A stretch of 64,000 bases of DNA, from assembly GCA_949282345.1 (NCBI GenBank), contig CASDOQ010000053.1, forward strand, positions 37,720 through 101,719. The letters are read 5' to 3'. Position 1 is the stretch's first letter. Every line of letters starts with the position of its first letter. Source of the stretch: an uncultured bacterium (GTDB lineage Bacteria > Bacillota > Clostridia > Oscillospirales > CAG-272). Positions 46,508 through 56,924 of the stretch are shown here, piece by piece. The notes under the pieces are model-generated. The model saw nothing but the letters and a program-made list of their open reading frames with translations. It was not told the DNA's origin and did not search any database. A program made the position numbers and the translations under genes.

Positions 46508-48505
46508 TTATTCCTCCTTGTTTTGTTTTTCAAAGTAATTGTCGATCGCCGCGCGGAGCGTTTCAATCACGTCTTCCACTGTCCCTTCGCGGATCTGCGC
46601 CCCGGCCACGTCAAAGTGCCCGCCACCGTTTAAGGGTTCGAGGATCCGCTGAACATTGACCGAACCGTCCGAACGGGCAGAAATATACACAATATTTTCG
46701 ATCTTTACGATTGCAAAGGCCGTGGTAACGCCCTTTACCTCCAGCAGACCGTCCGCCGCTTTTGCCGCCGCGACGCGGTAAGAAAGATCGACGTCTTCGC
46801 CATCGCAGGAAGCAATGGCGACCTGCTTCCGATAAATGACCACCCCGCTGTTGAAGCGCGCCTCTTTGGCAAGATCCTCCGGCGTGGCTTTGAAGAATTC
46901 GTAACTTCCTTCGGGGTTTGCCCCGGCGCCGCGCAGAAAGCGGGCAACCGAGAAGGTGTGCGTTCCGGTATTCCGGGTAAAGCGTTTGGTGTCCAATAGC
47001 ACACCGGACAAAAGCAGTTCGGCCTCTTCGGGACGGAGGATACGCTCCCCCGCCACGTATTCGATCATCTCGGAAACAAGTTCGGATGCGGAGGAAGCGG
47101 AAGGCTCGATATACTCGAGTTTGACTGCGGAATTGAAGGTAACAGTCTTGATATGGTGATCAATGACCGCCACGGTCTTGGCACGTTTCATCAACGCAGG
47201 GGCTTCCACGTAATTCGGATTGTTCACGTCGGTAACGATCAAGAGGGTCCCGGTACCGAGAAGATCCTCGGCCTGCGCCCCGTCCACAAAAAGCCCGTCG
47301 TATTCCGAGAGGCGATGCACCTTGGCAAAGCAGGAATCCAGATTGGCATCGTCACGGTTCACGACGATATTGACCCGAGCCCCCTGGCTGATCGCCAAGC
47401 GGGTAAGCCCCACCGCCGAAGCGAAGGAATCGTAATCCCCGAAACGGTGTCCCATCACAAGCACGTTATCTGCTCGCGTGATGAGCGAAAGGAGTTCGCG
47501 TGCGGCGACCCTGGCCCGGATGTTGATGCGTTTATATCCCGCTTTTGTCTTCCCTCCGAAGAAAGAAACGTCCCCGTCATCCTGAAAGACGACCTGATCC
47601 CCGCCGCGTTGCAAGGCAAGGTCCAGCGCATACTGCGCCGCGGCTTCCCTGGAAGCAAGCGTTCCGTCCCGCATCCGGCAGACCCCCATTGAAATCGTCA
47701 CGGGGACGCTGTCCCCGACGCGGATACTGCGGATCTCGTCCAGAACCGAAAAACGATCGTCGAGGCATTTTTCAAGATAATCGTTGTCAAAGACGATCAG
47801 ATATTTATTCCTGTCATAAGCGCGCAAGATCCCTTGCGCTCCCGCCGCAAATTCACGGAGCTTTTCCTCTACCTGTGCGGTCACGCGGGTATACTTGTCC
47901 TGCACGAACTGAGAGAGTTCCTCCAGATTGTCGATAATGGCGTAGGCAACCACGGCACGGTCACTGGTGTACAGCCGGAGGGCTTCGCGTTTTTCGGTTT
48001 CATCCGCAAACAGAAAAAGGCTGTAGGTCTCCCCGCACAGATAAAACGTAGAGCGGTGGATCTTGCACTGCCGGGAGCCGAATTCGGTCTCCGCCATATT
48101 TTCTCCATCCGGGAAGCTGAGCGTGCAGATCTCCGAAAAAGGGGTACCGGCCGGGACGCTGTCTCTCTCGGAAAGCGTGAGAAAAGCGGGATTGCAGAAG
48201 ACGGCACGGCCGTTCCGATCGCACAGAAGCAGCGGAAAAAAGATTTGCTCAAGGCTTCTGTATAACGATTCCGGATCCGCCTCCGCGACGAGAATATCAC
48301 GGTCAACACTCATGCGGCGACGGAACGCGGCGTATACCGAAAGCGATGAAAGATAAAAAAGGACGGTAATGAGGGCGGAAAAGGCAGTATGCGCTTCCGG
48401 GAAGAGCGCCGATATCAGTACGTAGATGACCGGCAGGCAACAGCCGAGGCCGATGCAAACGGCCAGGTCGATCGCCGGACCGCTCCGATTTGGATGTTTC
48501 GCCAC
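46508..48505 (-). CDS. gdpP: GdpP/YybT-like DHH-DHHA1 phosphodiesterase (c-di-AMP PDE type)
   Basis: Two N-terminal TM helices, a PAS-like region, a degenerate GGDEF region, DHH (AVIDHH) and DHHA1 (NGGGH). GTG start behind AGGAGG. yybT-rplI-dnaC synteny. Confidence 0.8.
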   Translation of the reverse strand: MAKHPNRSGPAIDLAVCIGLGCCLPVIYVLISALFPEAHTAFSALITVLFYLSSLSVYAAFRRRMSVDRDILVAEADPESLYRSLEQIFFPLLLCDRNGRAVFCNPAFLTLSERDSVPAGTPFSEICTLSFPDGENMAETEFGSRQCKIHRSTFYLCGETYSLFLFADETEKREALRLYTSDRAVVAYAIIDNLEELSQFVQDKYTRVTAQVEEKLREFAAGAQGILRAYDRNKYLIVFDNDYLEKCLDDRFSVLDEIRSIRVGDSVPVTISMGVCRMRDGTLASREAAAQYALDLALQRGGDQVVFQDDGDVSFFGGKTKAGYKRINIRARVAARELLSLITRADNVLVMGHRFGDYDSFASAVGLTRLAISQGARVNIVVNRDDANLDSCFAKVHRLSEYDGLFVDGAQAEDLLGTGTLLIVTDVNNPNYVEAPALMKRAKTVAVIDHHIKTVTFNSAVKLEYIEPSASSASELVSEMIEYVAGERILRPEEAELLLSGVLLDTKRFTRNTGTHTFSVARFLRGAGANPEGSYEFFKATPEDLAKEARFNSGVVIYRKQVAIASCDGEDVDLSYRVAAAKAADGLLEVKGVTTAFAIVKIENIVYISARSDGSVNVQRILEPLNGGGHFDVAGAQIREGTVEDVIETLRAAIDNYFEKQNKEE

Positions 48506-48549
48506 TGCGCTTTCCTCCTTTCAACAGAGAATAATCCCATAATACCGTT

Positions 48550-48578
48550 ATTATAACAGAAATGTCGGCTTTTGTAAA
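48550..48578 (-). promoter_or_regulatory. SigA-type promoter for gdpP-rplI-dnaB
   Basis: The minus strand reads TTTACA-17 nt-TATAAT. Confidence 0.55.
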
Positions 48579-48699
48579 GAGTGACCGACTTCTTTTTTAA
48601 TATTTTATAAATTGCGCATAGTTTATATTTTATGCGTAGGCTATTGTTTTGAAACGGAATATGTTGTAAAATAGAAAAAACGGGAAAGGAAAAAGCAAA

Positions 48700-50859
48700 A
48701 TGGAGGGACTATCGCCGGGAAGCCCCGTATCCGCATTGCCTGGGATCGGCAAAACGCGCGAAGCGGCTTTTGCGCGCATCGGCATATTTACGGTACGTGA
48801 CCTTTTATATCACTTCCCCACCGCCTATGAAAACCGGGGCGATATCCGCCGCCTGGCCGACGTCATGGCAGACCGAGAAACGCACGCCTTCCTGCTGACC
48901 GTTGACACCCCGCCAAAAAGCGTAACCATCCGGCGCGGCATGACGCTGACAAAATTCCGCGCTTTTGACGAAAGTGGAAAGATCGAGATTGTTTTCTTCA
49001 ACCAACCCTATTCTGACAAAGTCTTTCACGTCGGAGAACGTTACCGCTTTTTCGGAAAATTTTTCTCGAGCGGAAAAAAGCTACAACTTTCCAATCCCGC
49101 TTACGAGCCGGCTCCCGAGGGAGTCGTGCTGCCCGATTTTGTCCCGCGGTACGGGCTGAGTGAAGGACTGACGCACAAAGCCGTCCGCCGAGCCCTGGAT
49201 GCCGCGCTCCCTCTCCTTTCAGAATTGCCCGACCCTCTGCCCGAAGAATTGCGCCTGTCCCACGGCTTCCCCACCGTTGCGGAAGCGTTGCGTACCCTGC
49301 ACGAGCCGGGGAATGCACATGGCAACGCCACGGCTCTGCGCCGCGTGGTTTATGACGAACTGCTCATTTTTTCTCTTGCAACGGCGCTCTCGGACATCCG
49401 ACGCCGTGAGCAAAACGCACCGCCCTGCGTCCGGCAGAACGTGTCGCCTCTGCTTTCGCTCCTTCCGTATGAACTGACCGACTCTCAGAAAAATGCCGTG
49501 CGCGAGATCGCCGCCGATATGCGCGGGGACGGGACGCGCGCCGCTCCGATGGCGCGCGTCCTCGTCGGCGATGTGGGGTGTGGGAAGACAGTCTGCGCCG
49601 CCATTGCGCTTTTCATCGCCTTTCTGAACCAACGCCAAGGGGCACTCCTCGCCCCTACCGAGATCCTTGCCCGTCAGCATTACGAAGACCTTTCCCCGCT
49701 TTTTGAAAAACTCGGGATGAAAACCGGTCTGCTCGTCGGCTCAACGCCGAGAAGCGAAAAAAAGCGCCTCCGGGAAGCGCTTGCGTCAAACGATCCGAAT
49801 GAACGGTGCGATGTCATCATCGGCACGCACGCACTGCTCGAAGAGAATGTGACCTTTTCCCGGCTCGGACTGGCCGTAACCGATGAACAGCATCGCTTCG
49901 GCGTTGCGCAACGTGCCGCGCTGAAAGAGAAAAACGAAACGGCGCATCTGCTCGTCATGAGCGCCACTCCGATCCCGCGCACATTGGCGCTGGCTCTGTA
50001 CGGTGACCTCGCCGTTTCCCGCATTACCGAAATGCCGCGCGGCCGACAAAGAGTCAAGACGCATCTCATCGGCAACGCCATGCGCGGTCGACTCCATAGC
50101 TTCATCCGCCAAATGACGGAGGAAGGCGGACAGGTCTACGTCGTCTGCCCGAGCATTGAAGAGCAGGACGCGGACGGAACCGTTCCGCTCGCCGCTTTTT
50201 CCTCAGAGAGAGCCGAAAAGTCCCCCCGCCGTCTGACCGCCCCTCTCAAGAGCGCCGTTGCCTGCGCCGAGGAGCTCTCCGACGCTCTGCCGGGAATTTC
50301 GGTCGCCTGCCTGCACGGCCGTATGAAACCCGCGGAGAAAGAAGAGATCATGCGCCGGTTTTCCGCCGGCGAAATCTCGGTACTCGTCTCCACGACCGTC
50401 ATTGAAGTCGGCGTCAATGTGCCGAACGCCACGCTGATGGTGATCGAGAACGCAGAAAGATTCGGTCTTTCCCAGCTTCATCAATTGCGCGGGCGCGTCG
50501 GACGAGGGAGTAAAAAATCCTACTGTATTCTCGTCTCGGATGCCACGGGAGAAACCGCGCGGGAACGTCTGCGTACCCTGTGCGCGACCTGCGACGGATA
50601 CGAAATTGCGGAGCGTGACCTGGCGTTGCGCGGTCCCGGAGATTTTCTTGCTTCCGCCACAGGAGGCTCCCTCCGTCAAAGCGGCGGCATGGAGCTTCCT
50701 CTCCTCGGCCTTTGCCGGGATCCGGCTCTTATGGAAAGCGCCTTCTCCGATGCCAGGCGTCTCCTGGCAAAAGACCCCGATCTCTCATGGCCGGCGCACC
50801 GCGCGTTGGCCGGGGAGATACGCCGCCGCTTTGCAGTCAATGAAAACACCCTTTCCTGA
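48700..50859 (+). CDS. recG: ATP-dependent DNA helicase RecG
   Basis: Wedge-domain N-terminus (LPGIGKTREAAFARIGIFTVRDLLYHFP), GDVGCGKT, the DEQHRFG box and a helicase C-domain. Confidence 0.9.
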   Translation: MEGLSPGSPVSALPGIGKTREAAFARIGIFTVRDLLYHFPTAYENRGDIRRLADVMADRETHAFLLTVDTPPKSVTIRRGMTLTKFRAFDESGKIEIVFFNQPYSDKVFHVGERYRFFGKFFSSGKKLQLSNPAYEPAPEGVVLPDFVPRYGLSEGLTHKAVRRALDAALPLLSELPDPLPEELRLSHGFPTVAEALRTLHEPGNAHGNATALRRVVYDELLIFSLATALSDIRRREQNAPPCVRQNVSPLLSLLPYELTDSQKNAVREIAADMRGDGTRAAPMARVLVGDVGCGKTVCAAIALFIAFLNQRQGALLAPTEILARQHYEDLSPLFEKLGMKTGLLVGSTPRSEKKRLREALASNDPNERCDVIIGTHALLEENVTFSRLGLAVTDEQHRFGVAQRAALKEKNETAHLLVMSATPIPRTLALALYGDLAVSRITEMPRGRQRVKTHLIGNAMRGRLHSFIRQMTEEGGQVYVVCPSIEEQDADGTVPLAAFSSERAEKSPRRLTAPLKSAVACAEELSDALPGISVACLHGRMKPAEKEEIMRRFSAGEISVLVSTTVIEVGVNVPNATLMVIENAERFGLSQLHQLRGRVGRGSKKSYCILVSDATGETARERLRTLCATCDGYEIAERDLALRGPGDFLASATGGSLRQSGGMELPLLGLCRDPALMESAFSDARRLLAKDPDLSWPAHRALAGEIRRRFAVNENTLS

Positions 50860-50871
50860 AAGGAGAATCCT

Positions 50872-52104
50872 ATGAGTTATCAGCCGTTGGCGGACCGCAT
50901 CCGCCCGGAGACCTTTGACGAGATGGTCGGTCAGCGCCATCTGGTAGGCCCGCACGGGATCCTGCGCCGGATGGTGGAGGGCGGTTCTGCGGGAAATATG
51001 ATCTTCTGCGGTCCTCCCGGAACCGGAAAGACCACGGCCGCGCGTATCGTTGCCGCCGCAAGCGAACGGCGGCTCTGCCGTCTGAATGCCACAACGGCCT
51101 CGCTCGCCGACGTCAAAGCGGTCATCAGCGAGACCTCAAATGTCTTCGGTGCGGGCGGGATCCTGCTTTATCTGGACGAGATCCAGTACTTCAACAAAAA
51201 ACAACAACAGTCTCTCCTGGAATACATGGAGGATGGGCGGGTGGTGCTCATCGCTTCCACGACCGAAAACCCCTATTTTGCCATTTACCCGGCCGTCCTA
51301 TCCCGTTCCACGGTCTTTGAATTCCGTCCGGTGGAGCCTGCCGAGATGGTTTGCTTTCTCCGCCGCGCGCTCGAAAAACTGAATGAAGAAAACGGAACGA
51401 AAAAAGGCGCGGAGGAGGAACTTCTCCTCACGTTGGCATCGCGCGCGGGAGGAGACGTACGCTCCGCCGTCGGACTGCTCGAAAGCGCCTATTATCTTGC
51501 GGACGACACGCTCCGTAAAGAAGATTGCGAAGCGCTCTTTCCTTCCTTCGCGGGATCCTTTGACCCCCATGGCGACGGGCATTACGATCTGATGTCCTGC
51601 CTGCAGAAGTCGATCCGCGGTTCCGATCCCGACGCGGCAATCTTTTATCTTGCCAAGATCCTGGCCGCCGGCGATCTGTCTGCCGCTATGCGGCGTTTAC
51701 AGGTCATTGCCAGCGAGGATATCGGCGCCGCCTATCCGATGGCGGCAGTGATCGTGCGCGCCTGCGTGGAAAGCGCCAACGAACTGGGGCTTCCGGAAGC
51801 CGCCATTCCGCTCTCCAACGCCGTTATTATGCTGGCCACCGCGCCGAAATCCAACAGCGCGTACCTCGCGTACGGCGCCGCGCGGGAAGACGTGGAGGCC
51901 GGCCGGGGACAGACGGTTCCGGAACATCTGCGCTCTCCGCTCTTCCGGGGATACAAATATCCGCACGACTATCCGGATCATTACGTCGAACAGACCTATC
52001 TGCCGGATGACCTGGCCGGAAAGCACTACTACACCTTCGGTCAAAACAAGACCGAACAGGCGGCGCGGGCCTATTACGACCTTATCCGACAGAAAAAAAG
52101 ATAA
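50872..52104 (+). CDS. rarA: Replication-associated recombination protein A (MgsA/RarA AAA+ ATPase)
   Basis: Contains [30 protein letters not shown] and LYLDEIQYFNKKQQ, plus an MgsA C-terminal domain. Confidence 0.9.
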   Translation: MSYQPLADRIRPETFDEMVGQRHLVGPHGILRRMVEGGSAGNMIFCGPPGTGKTTAARIVAAASERRLCRLNATTASLADVKAVISETSNVFGAGGILLYLDEIQYFNKKQQQSLLEYMEDGRVVLIASTTENPYFAIYPAVLSRSTVFEFRPVEPAEMVCFLRRALEKLNEENGTKKGAEEELLLTLASRAGGDVRSAVGLLESAYYLADDTLRKEDCEALFPSFAGSFDPHGDGHYDLMSCLQKSIRGSDPDAAIFYLAKILAAGDLSAAMRRLQVIASEDIGAAYPMAAVIVRACVESANELGLPEAAIPLSNAVIMLATAPKSNSAYLAYGAAREDVEAGRGQTVPEHLRSPLFRGYKYPHDYPDHYVEQTYLPDDLAGKHYYTFGQNKTEQAARAYYDLIRQKKR

Positions 52105-52119
52105 ATATTGTAAAACCGT

Positions 52120-52148
52120 TTGACAGACGCGCGGATTTATTGTATAAT
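52120..52148 (+). promoter_or_regulatory. Consensus SigA promoter
   Basis: TTGACA-17 nt-TATAAT, a perfect consensus, 145 nt upstream of ATG 52293. Confidence 0.65.
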
Positions 52149-52292
52149 GCGCACAGTGCGATGCGCGCGGAAAGTCCTTGAAATTCAGCTTTTTCTCTTT
52201 TCGCCTCCGCGCCAAGCGTCGCATGATTTTCGCCCCGCACAGTGCCTTCGCTTTTCGCGGTCGGCATACCCACATGATCGGAGTAACTGCCC

Positions 52293-53303
52293 ATGAAACA
52301 CCATTTCATCATCAATCCGGCAGCCGGGAAAGGCACCCTGACCCGCTCGCTGACCGCACGCATCCGGGAACGCTGCGATTCCCGTGGGGTGGACTATCTC
52401 GTCTATGAGACCACCGCCCCCGGCGATGCGGAACGCTACGTGCGCGACACGCTTGCCTCTGATACGGGATCACACCGTTTTTACTCCTGCGGAGGCGACG
52501 GAACGCTCTGCGAGGTCATAAACGGCGCACCGATATGCGACCGGGCCGAATTTGCCCTGATACCGATCGGGACAGGCAATGACTTCTGCCGGAATTTCGA
52601 CGATCGTGCCGCTTTTTTCGACATCGATCGCCAGTTGGACGGAACACCGATCCAGTGCGACCTTATCCGATACAACGATCGCTATTCGATCAATATGCTG
52701 AATATCGGCTTCGACTGTAACGCGGCAAACGCTACGATTTCATTCAAAAAGAAAAAATACATCCCCTCCGGGATGGCGTACGTGTCCGGCGTGGCTGTCT
52801 CACTCTTTCATAAGATGACGACCCCGATGCACCTGGAGCTGGACGACGGAGAGGTCATTGAACGCCCGCTTCTGCTCATCACCGTTGCAAACGGTAGATT
52901 CTACGGCGGCGGCTTCAGGTCCAACCCCCTTGCCTCTTTGAACGACGGTCTTTTTGATGTCAATATCATCGAAAAAATCTCCCGTCTCACCTTCCTTTCC
53001 CTCGTCGGCTCCTATAAGGCCGGCACGCATCTTGAGCAGGCAAAGAAATTCGTTACCTACAGGCAGTCCTCCTCCCTGCTTCTTCGCTTCCCGCAAAAGA
53101 TCCCGATCTGCGTGGACGGAGAAATCGAGCAGGCGCAGGAACTTCGGATCTCTCTCTGTCCGCACGTACTGTCCTTTATTGTACCGTCGGGCGTTACCTG
53201 CCTCTCTCTCACCGCCGGCAATTCCGAATCGCCCGCCGGGGAAGAAGATCCCGCCGCCCCCGATGAAAGAAAAAATGAAGTCGAAGAACCGCTCGCTCTA
53301 TGA
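52293..53303 (+). CDS. Diacylglycerol-kinase-family lipid kinase (YegS/BmrU type)
   Basis: Contains INPAAGKG, CGGDGTLCEVING and IPIGTGNDFCR motifs. Confidence 0.85.
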   Translation: MKHHFIINPAAGKGTLTRSLTARIRERCDSRGVDYLVYETTAPGDAERYVRDTLASDTGSHRFYSCGGDGTLCEVINGAPICDRAEFALIPIGTGNDFCRNFDDRAAFFDIDRQLDGTPIQCDLIRYNDRYSINMLNIGFDCNAANATISFKKKKYIPSGMAYVSGVAVSLFHKMTTPMHLELDDGEVIERPLLLITVANGRFYGGGFRSNPLASLNDGLFDVNIIEKISRLTFLSLVGSYKAGTHLEQAKKFVTYRQSSSLLLRFPQKIPICVDGEIEQAQELRISLCPHVLSFIVPSGVTCLSLTAGNSESPAGEEDPAAPDERKNEVEEPLAL

Positions 53304-55480
53304 ATCTCTATAAAAACCGCCCGTTGGCACTGGTGTGTACCTGCCTGATGGTCGGATGCCTGCTCACCGTCCTCTTTCTCGATTCAGGATGCGCATCCGA
53401 AAAGACGCTTTGGCCGATCCTTACGGTGCTTTTGCTTCTCGCGGCGCTTTTCTCCTTTATCGGACGGGGAAAACGCCCTTTTCTTTTCTTCTGTGCGCTG
53501 GCCCTGACGGCCGGCTGCATCGTCACGCTTCTTTGGGACGCCGCGGCGTTTCGCCCGTTCCGAACTGCGGAAAGCGGCGTTCATACGTTCAGCGGGAAGG
53601 TCGAAAAGATCACGCCGGGAAATGAAGAAAACGAGTTGATCGTCCGCGTTTACAGTCTGGACGGGGAGCCTGCCGCACTCCGCACCGCAGTCTCCGTCCC
53701 GGTAGAGGAAGAGATCGGTCTGCACGACAGCGTGATATGCGCCGCGCATCTTACCCCGGCAACCGCCTATCGCAAAAGTGACGGAATCGCCGGCGAAGCG
53801 TCGCTTTTCATGCTCGTTGAAGTCAATCATCCCGATTCTCTCGGTTTCCCCGAAAAGGCGCAGGACGCCCTGTCGTATCTCCGTGATATTCTGGGTCGCC
53901 GTCTGGATAACGCCATGGAAAAAGAACCGGCAGGACTTTTGCGTGCGTTGCTCCTGGCGGACAAAAGCGGTATCACGGGCGAAGAAACGCTCGCTTTCCG
54001 GCGGAGCGGACTCTCTCACACCCTGGCCCTCAGCGGTCTGCATCTCTCGATCCTTTCTGCCATGCTTCTGGCTCTTTTCCGCGCACTTCATCTTTCCCGC
54101 TGGGTCTCAACCCCCTTGCTCCTCTTCTTCATTGCGCTGTACGCTGCCGTTTCAGGCTTTGTCCCCTCGCTCATGCGCGCCGCGCTGATGTTGCTCATCT
54201 CCCGGGTCGGCCTTCTGTTGCGCCGAGACGCGGAGCCGATCACCTCGCTTTTCGTGGCGGTCTCTTTTCTGTTCCTTCTCTCCCCGGGCGCGATATACGA
54301 CATCGGGCTCTGGCTCTCCTTCGCTGCCACGCTCGGCCTCCTCGTCGGGGCTGACTTGTCCTCCGGCTATGCACGGGGATCGCTCCGCCGCTTTTCCATG
54401 CGTATCCTTTCCGGGATCCTCCTTACCCTTTTCGCCATGCTTTTTACGTTAGGTATATCGGCCTTTCTTTTCGGGGAGATCTCGCTGATCTCGCCGATAT
54501 CCAACCTCGTTGTTTCGCCGCTTCTGGGTCTTTTGCTCGGGCTGGGTCTGCTGACGCTGATCCTCCCCTTTCTCGGCGTACTCTGTGCCCCGGTTGCCGT
54601 CTTTCTCCTGGACATCGTGCGCGGTTTTTCCTCGTTATCGGGCATCGTTTTTCCCCTCACACATCCCGCCGTTCTGATCGCCGTCCTGCTGATGACGGCT
54701 GGAATCCTGCTTCTTCTGCTCCTGCCACTCAGAACGAAAAAGACCGCCCGTCGCCTTTTCCTCTCCCTGATACTTTTCTTTTGCGTTTTCTGCACGGGAT
54801 TTCACTTTTCCCTGCAAAGCGGGAACGCTCTCTTTTACCGGGCGTATGAAGCCGACGAATATCTCTGTTTCCGCACCGACGACGGGACCGTCCTCTTTTC
54901 CGCGGCAAAGGATCCCTATGCCGCCGCCTCGCTCCTCGGAGACGTGAAACGGGAAGGCATAACCGAAATCGACCTGCTGATCCTTTCTCATTATCACGCA
55001 AGCAGCGCAAAATACCTCCGCAAGTTGTGCAATTCCGTCAAAATACGTAAAGTTTTGTTTCCATCCCCTACAAACAGATCTGAATGGGATATCTGCCATG
55101 CGATCGCTTCAGTTGCGAACGAGAATCGCGTAGCGTACGCGCTCCTTTCAGAAGAAGAAAGCGGAAGCCCTGACTTTTCCTATCGGATCCGCTACGATAT
55201 CAACCCGAGTTTCACCTCACATCCCACGTATCTTGCTAAATTCAGGTTGTGGGGAAAAACGATTCTCTACGCTTCCGCCAACGCCTATATTCCCGAAAGC
55301 GAAGAAAAGACCGATCTTCTGATTCTCGGCGCGCATCCGTCGAAGACGTCCAGACGCTTTTGGGTTCCCGAACTGCGCACAGGTGTCCTGATCGTCGGTG
55401 CCCCGGACGTGACCGACGTCTCCGCCGTGCAGGCAGAATCGGTTCTCTGCGCTCCGACCTCCTTCTCGCTGAAGCCCTGA
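53300..55480 (+). CDS. comEC: DNA internalisation competence protein ComEC/Rec2
   Basis: Polytopic, with the LSHTLALSGLHLSIL competence block and a C-terminal metallo-beta-lactamase-like region (LILSHYHASS). ATGA overlap with the upstream gene. Confidence 0.85.
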   Translation: MNLYKNRPLALVCTCLMVGCLLTVLFLDSGCASEKTLWPILTVLLLLAALFSFIGRGKRPFLFFCALALTAGCIVTLLWDAAAFRPFRTAESGVHTFSGKVEKITPGNEENELIVRVYSLDGEPAALRTAVSVPVEEEIGLHDSVICAAHLTPATAYRKSDGIAGEASLFMLVEVNHPDSLGFPEKAQDALSYLRDILGRRLDNAMEKEPAGLLRALLLADKSGITGEETLAFRRSGLSHTLALSGLHLSILSAMLLALFRALHLSRWVSTPLLLFFIALYAAVSGFVPSLMRAALMLLISRVGLLLRRDAEPITSLFVAVSFLFLLSPGAIYDIGLWLSFAATLGLLVGADLSSGYARGSLRRFSMRILSGILLTLFAMLFTLGISAFLFGEISLISPISNLVVSPLLGLLLGLGLLTLILPFLGVLCAPVAVFLLDIVRGFSSLSGIVFPLTHPAVLIAVLLMTAGILLLLLLPLRTKKTARRLFLSLILFFCVFCTGFHFSLQSGNALFYRAYEADEYLCFRTDDGTVLFSAAKDPYAAASLLGDVKREGITEIDLLILSHYHASSAKYLRKLCNSVKIRKVLFPSPTNRSEWDICHAIASVANENRVAYALLSEEESGSPDFSYRIRYDINPSFTSHPTYLAKFRLWGKTILYASANAYIPESEEKTDLLILGAHPSKTSRRFWVPELRTGVLIVGAPDVTDVSAVQAESVLCAPTSFSLKP

Positions 55481-55534
55481 ACGGCCGCGCTCAAAAAGCG
55501 CCCCGAAGATCCGCCAATTCCGTACCGAATAAAG

Positions 55535-55559
55535 AAAAACCGGCAATATGCCGGTTTTT
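55535..55559. terminator. Bidirectional rho-independent terminator (comEC / ychF convergent)
   Basis: AAAAACCGGC-AATAT-GCCGGTTTTT. Confidence 0.7.
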
Positions 55560-55610
55560 CAACTATATCCGAAACGTCGCGGGTTTTGAATGGTTCACCG
55601 CGTCGGAAAA

Positions 55611-56705
55611 TCAGACGTTAAAGCGGAAGAGAACGACGTCTCCGTCCTGCATGACGTACTCTTTTCCTTCGCTTTGCAAAAGTCCTTTTTCACGGACGGC
55701 ATTCATACTCCCCTCGCGGATCAGCGTCTCATACGGGACGATCTCCGCCCGGATAAACCCGCGCTCGAAATCGCTGTGGATCTTCCCTGCGGCCTGCGGG
55801 GCGCGGGTGCCGCGGCGGATCGTCCATGCGCGGACCTCTTTGGGCCCGGCGGTCAGGAAACTAATGAGCCCTAAGAGACTGTAACTCTCACGGATGAGTT
55901 TATCAAGGCCGCTCTCTTCAATGCCGAGATCGGTCAGGAAAGCACGCTTGTCCTCCTCCGCCATATCCGAGAGTTCTGCCTCGATCTGAGCGCAGACGGC
56001 AATGATACCGGCGTGCTCGGTCTCGGCATGGGCGCGAAGCGCACAATACGCCGGGTTGTTTTCATATTCTCCGCCGACCTCGTCTTCCGAAATATTGGCG
56101 ACATAGATCACCGGTTTTCTTGTCAGAAGGCGGGTCTCCGCAATGAGCAGTTCTTCCTCTTCGGTCAGTTCCACTGTGCGGGCGCAGGTACCGTTTTCGA
56201 GGGCCGCCTTCAGTTTTTCCAGTACGGCGACCTCCTTGGCGGCTTCCTTGTCGTTGCGCGCCAGCTTCTGCGTTTTCTCCAACCGGCGTTCCACGATCTC
56301 AAGATCGGAAAGGATCAGCTCGAGATTGATCGTTTCGGCATCGCGGACCGGGTCGATCGCACCATCCACATGGATGATATTTGTGTCTTCAAAGCAACGC
56401 ACTACGTGTACCACGGCATCGACCTCGCGGATGTTCGCGAGGAACTTATTTCCCAATCCTTCCCCACGGGAGGCTCCGCGAACCAATCCGGCAATATCCA
56501 CGAATTCGATGACGGCGGGGGTATACTTTTCCGGATTATACATTTCAGCCAATCGGTCAAGCCGGGCATCGGGCACGGCCACCACGCCGATGTTCGGGTC
56601 TATGGTGCAAAAGGGATAGTTGGCGGACGGGGCTCCGGCATTTGTCAACGCATTGAACAGGGTGCTTTTTCCGACATTCGGCAATCCTACGATACCAAGC
56701 TTCAT
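55611..56705 (-). CDS. ychF: Ribosome-binding ATPase YchF
   Basis: [21 protein letters not shown] ... [11 protein letters not shown]. 364 aa. Start at ATG 56705; the 789-aa ORF-track version is an antisense read-through artefact. Confidence 0.95.
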   Translation of the reverse strand: MKLGIVGLPNVGKSTLFNALTNAGAPSANYPFCTIDPNIGVVAVPDARLDRLAEMYNPEKYTPAVIEFVDIAGLVRGASRGEGLGNKFLANIREVDAVVHVVRCFEDTNIIHVDGAIDPVRDAETINLELILSDLEIVERRLEKTQKLARNDKEAAKEVAVLEKLKAALENGTCARTVELTEEEELLIAETRLLTRKPVIYVANISEDEVGGEYENNPAYCALRAHAETEHAGIIAVCAQIEAELSDMAEEDKRAFLTDLGIEESGLDKLIRESYSLLGLISFLTAGPKEVRAWTIRRGTRAPQAAGKIHSDFERGFIRAEIVPYETLIREGSMNAVREKGLLQSEGKEYVMQDGDVVLFRFNV

Positions 56706-56750
56706 GATCTTCCTCTTCCGATTCTGTAAATTCTGATCTGCGTACTGATA

Positions 56751-56779
56751 AGTATAGCATACTTTCCCGCACCTGTCCA
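56751..56779 (-). promoter_or_regulatory. SigA-type promoter for ychF
   Basis: The minus strand reads TGGACA-17 nt-TATACT. Confidence 0.45.
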
Positions 56780-56839
56780 GTCTTTTCCGAAAAAACCGAA
56801 AATTCACCGATTCTTCACCTGCTTTTCTCCGCGTCTTTC

Positions 56840-56868
56840 TTGACAGTAGTCTTTTTTCATGGTATACT
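56840..56868 (+). promoter_or_regulatory. SigA-type promoter (extended -10) for response regulator
   Basis: TTGACA-17 nt-TATACT, with TGG preceding the -10. Confidence 0.6.
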
Positions 56869-56924
56869 TTAACAAAAAGTATCTGCACTATTATCTGGAC
56901 AGATGATGCGGAAAGGGGTACGAA

